Sequence record: MN871453.1
Reading direction: 5' to 3' (one strand)
DNA: 64,000 nucleotides
Shown: positions 56,343 through 64,000 of the stretch, piece by piece
How the letters are laid out: the number at the start of each line of letters is the position of its first letter
Position numbering within the stretch: the stretch's first letter is position 1
Translations under genes and position numbers: made by a program
The notes under the pieces: generated by a model
Seen by the model: the letters and a program-made list of their open reading frames with translations, nothing else
Databases searched by the model: none
Told to the model about the DNA's origin: nothing

Positions 56343-59141
56343 ATGAATAGTTACGAAAAGAAAACGGTGAATCCTACCGGGATCAAAGTTTCCAGTCGTC
56401 CACAGGATTGGCTCCAACGCACCCCTTCGGCTACGGCAATTATGTCGAAACTGGTTCAGGATGCGGTACATCGTACGACTACACCTGGAAATGGTGTCGA
56501 TGTTCCCGACCCAACGATTTTCGACCGTCTCGTCAGTCGTCGCGCCAGAAAGAACCTGGACGCAGAAACAATCATCTCTTTAGCGCCCGACATTAAATTG
56601 ATTAAACAGATGATTGTTTCCACTACCCTTTCTCCGGTCGATATGACCCAAGGGGAGTTAGGATTTAAAACTGATGCGTCAGAGATCCCACCAAGCGTCC
56701 TCAATCAAGTCACAGAGGTCATACGGGATCATTTTGAGTCATACTACCCCTTACGCGATAAACTCCCTGAGATCATCGGAGAGGCGTTATTTGAAACAGG
56801 TGCGTGGGTCGGTGTAATTGTCCCGGAAGCTGTTATCGATGACATCATCAACCTTCGCGAAGTCGGTAGTTATCTGGCCACGGAAAGTTTCAACGAAAAA
56901 CTGAAAACGCATTTCGTTGACGGAACCTTAAAATCTGTCGGCATCTTAGGTGACCCAGGAATTACCGATCAGGAAATCCGTGATGCGAATAAAGGTAAAA
57001 AGAACATTCGCAGTAGTGCGCCGGCACCGTCTTTAGAAAGCATGTTCTCCATGCCGGTTATGAACCCTAATCAGGTTCGTATTAATGACAGTGCCACCAT
57101 CACCGATAACCTCGGAATTATGGGTTTGAGCCATATCCGTAACCAGATTAATGAAGAGCGTTTGAGAAACAAATACCGCTACGGACGTAGCGGAGCAGGG
57201 ATGGAGGCGTACCGGTCAAGAAACGGTCATAACAACGTCTCGACGGTCGCGAGAACGCTTTACAACTCACGGTCTGGTCAAACTAGCGTTAACCCTGTTA
57301 AAGTTATTCCTGCGGCCTCAGAAGCCAGCAGAAGCAGTATCGGTCATCCGCTGGTCATTAAGTGCCCCTCAGAATCGGTGATTCCGTGTTACCCGAAAGG
57401 CGATGAGCGAAACCACATCGGTTACGTCATTGTCCTGGATGAGCTGGGTAACCCGATCAACTTAACCGATGAACTGAACCAGGCAGCCACTAATGGTCAG
57501 ATCGGTACAATGGGTGCTCAGCAACAACTGGACATGACCTCCAGTTTAATCCAGCAAACCCGCATTGCGCAGAACGGTATCTGTATGGATACCGACAAAA
57601 TGGCGGCGGAAGAACGTATTCGCGTCTATAACCAGGTCTTAGAGGAAAACATCCTCAACCGTATTAAAAACGGTTTGATCGGTCGTAACGTGAAGATGGC
57701 TTGGAACGAAGATATCATGCGTATCATGATGTTCCGTCAGTTTGCGAACCAACGTACTAACCTCGTCTTTGTCCCTGCTGAACAAGTCGCGTATTTCGCT
57801 TACGACTACGACAGTAACGGGATGGGGAAATCGTTGCTTGATGACATCAAACAGGTCTCTGCACTGCGAGCCATGACCACCTTCGCTAACTTTATGGCGG
57901 GCGTGAAGAATGCGGTAGGGAGAACCAAAGTAACGATGAACATCGACCCGCGTACACCTGACCCCGAGAAAGCTTATGCGATCTTGATTGATGAGTATCA
58001 ACGAATGACCAGCACCGTTACTCCTACGGATGTCAGTTCTTCGGCGGAAATGTTCCGCGTACTCAGAATGATGGGGACGACGATTGAGGTACAGGGTAAC
58101 CCACGTATCCCGAATACCACTGTGGACATTAATGAGTACCAATCTCAGAAACAGATCATTGACGAGAACTTTACCAATGATCTTCGTCGTCAACAGTATA
58201 TGGGTCTCTTTGTTACACCGGCGATGGTGGACATGACTGACGAGGCAGACTTTGCTATCACCCGTTGGACGTCTAACCAGCTCTACGCTAAACGTATCAT
58301 GATGATTCAAGACGACACCTGTAAGCATGGGAAGAAGCTCGTCAGATCATACGTGAACTCGGATGGTGTTTTAATCGGGCGTATTCAGAAGATCTTTGCC
58401 GAGAACAATGATAAGCTCCCTGAAGAATATCGTCTCGATAAAGAAAGTCAAATCCCGGAAGATTTAAAATACCTCGATGCGATCGACGCTTATTTTGACG
58501 CATTCTACCTTGAGTTACCTCGTCCGGAAAATAACCGGATTGAGAAACAAAAAGAAGAATTCGACAAAGTGAAAGATATGATTGACGACATTGTCGACTG
58601 TTACATCTCAAGCGAACTTCTGGGGGCATTTGCACCGGAAGATCAATCTAAGATCGATATGCTCAGGGCACACATGACAGCGTACCTGAAACGCGACTGG
58701 TTACAGAGTCAAGGCTTCGATATGGGCTTTGTGAAGATCCTGTCGCCGGTCACGGAAGAAGATCCATCACTGGATATGATCAAAGTCTTTACTACCGACA
58801 TTGTCAATATGCTGCATAACTTTGGCGATTTCAGCTCGGCATTGGCGGCCACCCGTGACGCGTTACTGAAACGGATGGAAGTAGAGAACCCGAAACAGCA
58901 TGAGATCCTTACGGCCAATAATGACGCTGGCGGCGGTTGGGACAATGACAGTTCCGGAAATGATTGGGACAACAACAATTCCGGTGGTGGTGACGCCTTT
59001 GGTGGTGGCGACTTCGGTTCCTTCGAAGATACCGAGGAAGATCCTTTCGCCACGGACGAGTTAGAAGGAGGAGGGGAAACTTCCACTGAAGAGGAAGCAG
59101 ATCCTTTCGCTACACCAGAAGAAACAAACGGACCTGAATAA
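56343..59141 (+). CDS. portal protein (phiKZ gp129 / SPN3US gp81 type)
   Basis: 932 aa; APDIKLIKQMIVSTTLSP, HPLVIKCPSESVIP and AFDYD-like AYDYDSNGMGKSLL blocks; acidic tail; synteny. Confidence 0.8.
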   Translation: MNSYEKKTVNPTGIKVSSRPQDWLQRTPSATAIMSKLVQDAVHRTTTPGNGVDVPDPTIFDRLVSRRARKNLDAETIISLAPDIKLIKQMIVSTTLSPVDMTQGELGFKTDASEIPPSVLNQVTEVIRDHFESYYPLRDKLPEIIGEALFETGAWVGVIVPEAVIDDIINLREVGSYLATESFNEKLKTHFVDGTLKSVGILGDPGITDQEIRDANKGKKNIRSSAPAPSLESMFSMPVMNPNQVRINDSATITDNLGIMGLSHIRNQINEERLRNKYRYGRSGAGMEAYRSRNGHNNVSTVARTLYNSRSGQTSVNPVKVIPAASEASRSSIGHPLVIKCPSESVIPCYPKGDERNHIGYVIVLDELGNPINLTDELNQAATNGQIGTMGAQQQLDMTSSLIQQTRIAQNGICMDTDKMAAEERIRVYNQVLEENILNRIKNGLIGRNVKMAWNEDIMRIMMFRQFANQRTNLVFVPAEQVAYFAYDYDSNGMGKSLLDDIKQVSALRAMTTFANFMAGVKNAVGRTKVTMNIDPRTPDPEKAYAILIDEYQRMTSTVTPTDVSSSAEMFRVLRMMGTTIEVQGNPRIPNTTVDINEYQSQKQIIDENFTNDLRRQQYMGLFVTPAMVDMTDEADFAITRWTSNQLYAKRIMMIQDDTCKHGKKLVRSYVNSDGVLIGRIQKIFAENNDKLPEEYRLDKESQIPEDLKYLDAIDAYFDAFYLELPRPENNRIEKQKEEFDKVKDMIDDIVDCYISSELLGAFAPEDQSKIDMLRAHMTAYLKRDWLQSQGFDMGFVKILSPVTEEDPSLDMIKVFTTDIVNMLHNFGDFSSALAATRDALLKRMEVENPKQHEILTANNDAGGGWDNDSSGNDWDNNNSGGGDAFGGGDFGSFEDTEEDPFATDELEGGGETSTEEEADPFATPEETNGPE

Positions 59142-59145
59142 AAAA

Positions 59146-59201
59146 AAGAGGGCACAAACCCTCTTCCCTCCCACAGAGAGCTTTCGCTCTCTGTGGGAGG
59201 G
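59146..59201. terminator. tandem hairpins at convergent junction
   Basis: 7-bp stem 59146-59165 plus 16-bp perfect stem 59166-59201. Confidence 0.8.
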
Positions 59202-59211
59202 TTATTACCGA

Positions 59212-61431
59212 TTAGTCTTGACGACGCAGAGCCAGTACAAAGCTATCGGATTTAGCATCCTGATAATCTTTGCGGACTTCTAACCAGCTGTTATCGGCGA
59301 ACCAGATATAGTTCAGGCACGCGATATCGCTACCGGCATTAAAGTTCATGGCTTTCAGCGCGTTATGCAGTTTAGGTGAGGTTTCTTGGGACACGAAGAA
59401 AATTTCACCCGGCTGAGCATCAGCACTGATTCTCAGTTTCAGGTCGTTAACCAGCATCGGGGCGATAACCATATTGATACGTTTTACCACATAGATGGTA
59501 CGCGCATCAGTGGTTTCGTTGACACCGGCACCGATAATCCCTGAACCCAATTTAAACATCTGGAAGTTAGCCAGGTGGAACGAGAACGCGCCAGCCAGTT
59601 TCTTCGCAAATTCAGCGCCTCGTGCTTTAGTGACGTCATCCGCCAACGTCGCCAGATCTTCAAAACTTTCAATACGCAGACCGCAACCCATTTCCAGACG
59701 GAAGATAGAGTTCACCAGTTCGACGATATGACGTTTCGCAGCCACTACCAGCGCAACAGGAACGCGATCGATGACACGCTTCAGGTTATCGTGGATATCC
59801 TGAATATAGCTCAGTTCAATATTGTCATTGAAGTTGAGGCCCGTCATCTCCAGTTGACGCAACGTGAACCGTGCTTCTTCCGGCGTAGCGCAAGTGTAAA
59901 TCGGCTCGTAGGATTCCGCGGCGGTTTGGAACGCATTGAAGTTGGTGTGCAGGTGACCGTTCTGATCGTTGGTCATTTCTTCGGTGCGAGACATTTCCTG
60001 CATACGGATATGACCCAGACCGAACCCCTTCACCGTTTCATCTGAACGGAGAATATTCTCGAACGAGATTGTTCCCGCGTTCGGGGCTTCAGGAACCACC
60101 TTCTGTTCTTCCGGCGGCAGTGCGCTGTTTTCTTCCTTGATACTGGCGACCACGGCTTCGTACTCCTGACGGTCCTGGTCACGAAGTTCGCGGTTAGCTT
60201 TCACGTTAAAACGTGGGCCGGCGATCGCTTTACGAATCTCGGCGTTTTTCGGGTGATAACGATTATCGGCTTCTTTTGCGCCGATGACGTTCAGTTCGTG
60301 AATTTTACGATCCACTTCTTTTACCTCTTCAGCGGTTAACGGTTCAAACGCCATGTAACGATAACCGTCACTGGTGATGTCCCATACAGGGCGAACAGAG
60401 TCCACTTCCCATGCGATTGGGCGGTGGTTATTCGCTTCGTTAGGATGGAGCGGGATAGACATGACCACTTCGTAATCGTCTAATTTGATCAGACCCGATT
60501 CAATGTCTTCACGGGTAATAGGACGATTCGCTAAGCGGTTACCTTTTGATGAGTAACCCGGTGCAGGTTCAGCCGGCGCGGCTTTCTTTTTACTGAATGA
60601 AGCGGGGCGAGTGACTTCATGCGGTTCTACTCGCTCGTACGCCGGCGCGGCGTTCGCAGTGCGTGGGTCTGGCATTTCGAAATCGTCACGTTCGTCACGA
60701 TTCACTTCATTCCCGTTTGCTTGTTCGCGCATACGGGCGGTGGCGACATACGGGTTAACACGACGACGATTGTTACGGGCAGCATTAATATCTACCGCAG
60801 GTTCCCGACGAGAGTCGGCACGACCACGAGTAGGGATAGCGCTTTCGTAACGACCTGGACGAGAACCGAAACCACCGGAACTCCGTCCACGATCATCACG
60901 ATCTTCGTAACGACCTCTGCGTTCATCACGACCACGGCCTTCATAACGCCCACGACGCTCTTCTTCGCGTCCACGACCGAAGCCGCCACTGCTACGACCA
61001 AAACCACCACGGCGGTCGTCGCGTCCACGGTCACCAAAGCGACGACCACGATCAGCTTCTTCCGCATACTCTTCCAGTGCACGACGCAGTTTATTAGCAT
61101 TGTCAGCCAAAAACAGCATGTCGTCTTCTGTACGGCGATCGGGGATATCGACACTACGGTCTTCTTTGATCAGTGCCCCGGCAAAGAATGAGGCGAGTTC
61201 AATTGCTCCTTCCCAAAGGTCATCTGGTTCTTTACGGAGGTCAACTAACATTTCCATGGAGTCGAAAACGAAGTTGATTAAGTTTTCACGGGTCTGACGA
61301 CTGCGACGAATCGCATCGTCAAGGTATTCGAAGAACGGATCGTCACGGGACAGTTCGCTGATGCGTTCATCCAGGAAAGCAGCCAGGTTGCGATCGTTAA
61401 AATCCATCTCATTACGACGACGGTTATACAT
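59212..61431 (-). CDS. conserved protein with RG/RD-rich disordered region
   Basis: 739 aa, GGAG RBS; residues about 128-206 are low-complexity R/G/D/E; directly downstream of nvRNAP beta. Confidence 0.85.
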   Translation of the reverse strand: MYNRRRNEMDFNDRNLAAFLDERISELSRDDPFFEYLDDAIRRSRQTRENLINFVFDSMEMLVDLRKEPDDLWEGAIELASFFAGALIKEDRSVDIPDRRTEDDMLFLADNANKLRRALEEYAEEADRGRRFGDRGRDDRRGGFGRSSGGFGRGREEERRGRYEGRGRDERRGRYEDRDDRGRSSGGFGSRPGRYESAIPTRGRADSRREPAVDINAARNNRRRVNPYVATARMREQANGNEVNRDERDDFEMPDPRTANAAPAYERVEPHEVTRPASFSKKKAAPAEPAPGYSSKGNRLANRPITREDIESGLIKLDDYEVVMSIPLHPNEANNHRPIAWEVDSVRPVWDITSDGYRYMAFEPLTAEEVKEVDRKIHELNVIGAKEADNRYHPKNAEIRKAIAGPRFNVKANRELRDQDRQEYEAVVASIKEENSALPPEEQKVVPEAPNAGTISFENILRSDETVKGFGLGHIRMQEMSRTEEMTNDQNGHLHTNFNAFQTAAESYEPIYTCATPEEARFTLRQLEMTGLNFNDNIELSYIQDIHDNLKRVIDRVPVALVVAAKRHIVELVNSIFRLEMGCGLRIESFEDLATLADDVTKARGAEFAKKLAGAFSFHLANFQMFKLGSGIIGAGVNETTDARTIYVVKRINMVIAPMLVNDLKLRISADAQPGEIFFVSQETSPKLHNALKAMNFNAGSDIACLNYIWFADNSWLEVRKDYQDAKSDSFVLALRRQD

Positions 61432-61473
61432 GTAGAATTACTCCTGCGAGATTAGTTAATTATTTAAAATGGT

Positions 61474-63090
61474 TTATTCGGTAATTTCCCGCTGTACCAT
61501 ATCGAGGAGTTCAATGTTTTTCGGATTACGAATAAATTTCCCAGCGTCGTCGGTGTGGGCGTAAACGTTTAGACGTCCACGGCCGTCGGGGATACCTTTC
61601 GCAAAGTTGCACACTGAACCACATTCCATGATACTTGAATGCAGGTGGTAAGCCGTTTCGTTAGGTTTGAAACTTTTTGTCTTACCTTTACCGATAACAG
61701 CATTGACTTGACGGATAGCGATACACGTGTGTTTGAAAATCATGTTATCGCCTGGGTACTGAACAGAGTTAAGTTCGCCGTGTCCCCGTTGGATACCGAG
61801 GAATGCGTTAGTGGTTAGGAAACTAGACAGCTTCCATGTTAACCGCTTCAGTCGCAGCGTTTTCTGTTCTTTTTCTAACTGCCAGGTAAAGTTAAAGATA
61901 CTCTCCGTGATGCCCGATAACGCATACCGTTTCACCAGGAGATATTTCCCCCACATGTTACCCGAATTATCGTCTTTCAGTCGATCCTGGATTGTTTCAA
62001 GGATATGGATAAACAACTCGTAAAGGTCATTGGCCATGATCCCTTCTTGACGAAGATTTTTCTTCGTCTCGCCATCGACGTAAGAGTCGAGCGACTTAAG
62101 ATGGAGATCAACCTTGTTGAGCAGTTTCCCTTCGTTCTCGTTCCCCTGATGCAGAATAAAACCCATGATAATGCGCCACGTGTCTGGCATATCGATGTAC
62201 TGCAAATTGAAGCGTTGCGGGTAACGATCGACGACGTAGAAGAAATGCGTCGCCAGTAACTGAACACCTATGTTGTTCAACACCGCTTCACGCGGAATGA
62301 TCAACGCCAGGTTCGTGGGTTTCCAATCGCTGATAGCGCGGCGGCGTTCCGGCGGCGGTAACCCTTGCGTGGTAAAGATCACGTAGTCTTGTTCTGGGTA
62401 ATCCTCACGTAAGTTGTGACGGTTCTCTTCGATCACGACGTCAATGTCGTAGAAACGTTTAAAGGTTTCCGTTACGCCATACTTACAGAACAGGTAATGA
62501 CCCAGCGTCGAGTTAAACGACGATTTCTTCCCTTCGTTCCCTGTTTTACCTTGATAGATATTTCCGTAGACTACAAAGGACGGGATTGATTCGCCGTCTT
62601 GTAGGACACTGTAAATACTCCGTTTCAAGGTGAACTTCGCTCGGAAGAGGATCGTGAACAAATCATTCCCGGCGACCGAGAAAACCAAATCCGCCAGGAT
62701 CGGATGAATTGTTGCACGTGAGCCGCCTAGCCATAACGTCCCTGCTTCCCTGACAAACGGAATATTGATGTTCCGTGGTAGGATGTGGATTTTCTGAAAA
62801 CGCAGTTTCATTTCCGACATCACCGCGTCAGTTTGCGCAATATCAACTTCCCCGCGACGTTCCGCCTTTTCATTCCCTTTAATGATCGCCTGAGACTCTT
62901 CGTAGGGCGTCAGTCTACGCATCCCCAGGTATTCGACATCGGGAGGGAAGTCCTGTGCCGCACAATGCGCAATTCGATCGATATACTGTTCGGCATCCTC
63001 TAAATCCTTAACAGCAAATCCACCGGCAATGTCTTTGTTGAACTTGGGTAACGGTTCAACAATGTCATTAAACAATGCTATATCAGCCAC
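61474..63090 (-). CDS. rpoB: non-virion RNA polymerase beta subunit, N-terminal part (phiKZ gp123 type)
   Basis: LRRLTPYE-like MRRLTPYEE, IPFVREAG and C-terminal LHSSIMECGS...PDGRGRLN; GTG start with AAGGA RBS. Confidence 0.8.
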   Translation of the reverse strand: MADIALFNDIVEPLPKFNKDIAGGFAVKDLEDAEQYIDRIAHCAAQDFPPDVEYLGMRRLTPYEESQAIIKGNEKAERRGEVDIAQTDAVMSEMKLRFQKIHILPRNINIPFVREAGTLWLGGSRATIHPILADLVFSVAGNDLFTILFRAKFTLKRSIYSVLQDGESIPSFVVYGNIYQGKTGNEGKKSSFNSTLGHYLFCKYGVTETFKRFYDIDVVIEENRHNLREDYPEQDYVIFTTQGLPPPERRRAISDWKPTNLALIIPREAVLNNIGVQLLATHFFYVVDRYPQRFNLQYIDMPDTWRIIMGFILHQGNENEGKLLNKVDLHLKSLDSYVDGETKKNLRQEGIMANDLYELFIHILETIQDRLKDDNSGNMWGKYLLVKRYALSGITESIFNFTWQLEKEQKTLRLKRLTWKLSSFLTTNAFLGIQRGHGELNSVQYPGDNMIFKHTCIAIRQVNAVIGKGKTKSFKPNETAYHLHSSIMECGSVCNFAKGIPDGRGRLNVYAHTDDAGKFIRNPKNIELLDMVQREITE

Positions 63091-63113
63091 ACATACATCC
63101 TTATTTCAATCAA

Positions 63114-64000
63114 CTATAACACAACCGCGGCCGCGGTCGCACCCAACACCGCCTTCTTCGTCAAGAAAGACAGTAACCATTTTCCGGCTTTCATCATAGT
63201 CGGTAGAATGGATTTAATAAATTCTCCGCCGGCTTTAATCCAGGCTGAGACCACTTTCGCTTTCTTCTCTTTATCTTCGCTTTGCTTCCCTTCCTTTAAC
63301 GACGCCTTTTCCATCTCAAGTTCTTTCAAAGCTGCTTCTCGGGACGTATGGAACTTAATCCCTAACGGATTGTTTCCCGATATTGCATCTTCGAAAGAAA
63401 AGAAGCTTTTAGTCGCTAATAAGCGAAGTCCCTCCTTAATTTTGCCGTAGTTTTGAACAGTGACGCCATCGGGCTCGTTAGACGCACGAGAGATATTGAC
63501 TTTCAATACCTGGTTACCGATGGTATAATAAAGCCCTTCGACAAATCGTTCTTTGTCGACAGCACTCACGACAATACCTGACACCTTACTGATTTTACAC
63601 CCGATATCATCCTGGACAATATCGTGAATGGTTTCTTCACGATCAACCAATGACGCTTTAGAAATCCGCATCCCTAAACCCGGGACGCTAATCTCCGACC
63701 CTAACGTATCGAAATCGCTTTCGTCTATCAAGAACACCATACGGTATTTGTAATGGTTTCTCGAGCAACGTAGGTCCTCGTCAAAGTGCACCATGCAGTT
63801 ACCTTTGACAGCATCATAAAGGCCGAAGCTCGCCTCAGCATAATTATTCTTCGGGTCGTCAATATTGACCGTATCAGTGCAATAGAGTACGGTAAGGTGG
63901 ATGATCAAATACCCACGTAACTTTGCCGTTCCGTGAGAAAATACAACATTGTCAGTCCCATCGGATTTCTGTACAGCAAGATCATACCGATAGTTGTTAG
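63114..64000 (-). CDS. conserved hypothetical protein upstream of nvRNAP beta (5'-truncated by window)
   Basis: Frame stays open from 63908 to the window edge (NNYRYDLAVQKSDG...), so the listed TTG start is an artefact. Confidence 0.8.
   Translation of the reverse strand, partial: NNYRYDLAVQKSDGTDNVVFSHGTAKLRGYLIIHLTVLYCTDTVNIDDPKNNYAEASFGLYDAVKGNCMVHFDEDLRCSRNHYKYRMVFLIDESDFDTLGSEISVPGLGMRISKASLVDREETIHDIVQDDIGCKISKVSGIVVSAVDKERFVEGLYYTIGNQVLKVNISRASNEPDGVTVQNYGKIKEGLRLLATKSFFSFEDAISGNNPLGIKFHTSREAALKELEMEKASLKEGKQSEDKEKKAKVVSAWIKAGGEFIKSILPTMMKAGKWLLSFLTKKAVLGATAAAVVL

Noticed and set aside
57639-58328. 229-aa minus-strand ORF inside the portal gene
   Set aside because: Antisense shadow of a conserved gene, with no RBS or recognisable motif; expected from codon bias
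59575-61191. Plus-strand ORFs 59575-60045 and 60619-61191 with T/A-rich repeats
   Set aside because: Antisense translation of the RG-rich gene; the low complexity is mirrored from the real strand
1-64000. tRNA, rRNA, CRISPR array, group I intron or intein
   Set aside because: No cloverleaf, regular repeat-spacer array or interrupted conserved gene seen; intergenic gaps are short. A tRNAscan/Infernal run would be the formal check

Overview
A 64-kb segment of a phiKZ-like, nucleus-forming jumbo phage (Chimalliviridae type); it is densely coding and mostly minus-strand. Family assignments come from motifs and gene order that I recognise, not from database searches. It holds: (1) a small accessory/early cluster at 1-4.2 kb; (2) the head-maturation and virion RNA polymerase operon (prohead protease, beta'-C, head proteins, beta-N, beta'-N); (3) the tail tape-measure/lytic transglycosylase gene and its partner; (4) a mixed block with virion RNAP beta-C, a SLOG protein, RecA/UvsX and RNase H; (5) SbcC, baseplate spike and tail fibres, spanins, dTMP kinase and RuvC; (6) baseplate paralogues, the portal, an RG-rich conserved protein and a non-virion RNAP beta subunit. 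I saw no tRNA, rRNA, CRISPR array, intron or intein. Best leads: an ADP-ribosyltransferase-like gene inserted in the vRNAP/protease operon with a protease-like C-terminal tag; an embedded Rz/Rz1 spanin pair; a degenerate HNH/HTH cassette; an RGG-rich disordered protein beside the nvRNAP gene; a SLOG gene overlapping an RNAP gene; and recurring candidate promoter motifs.
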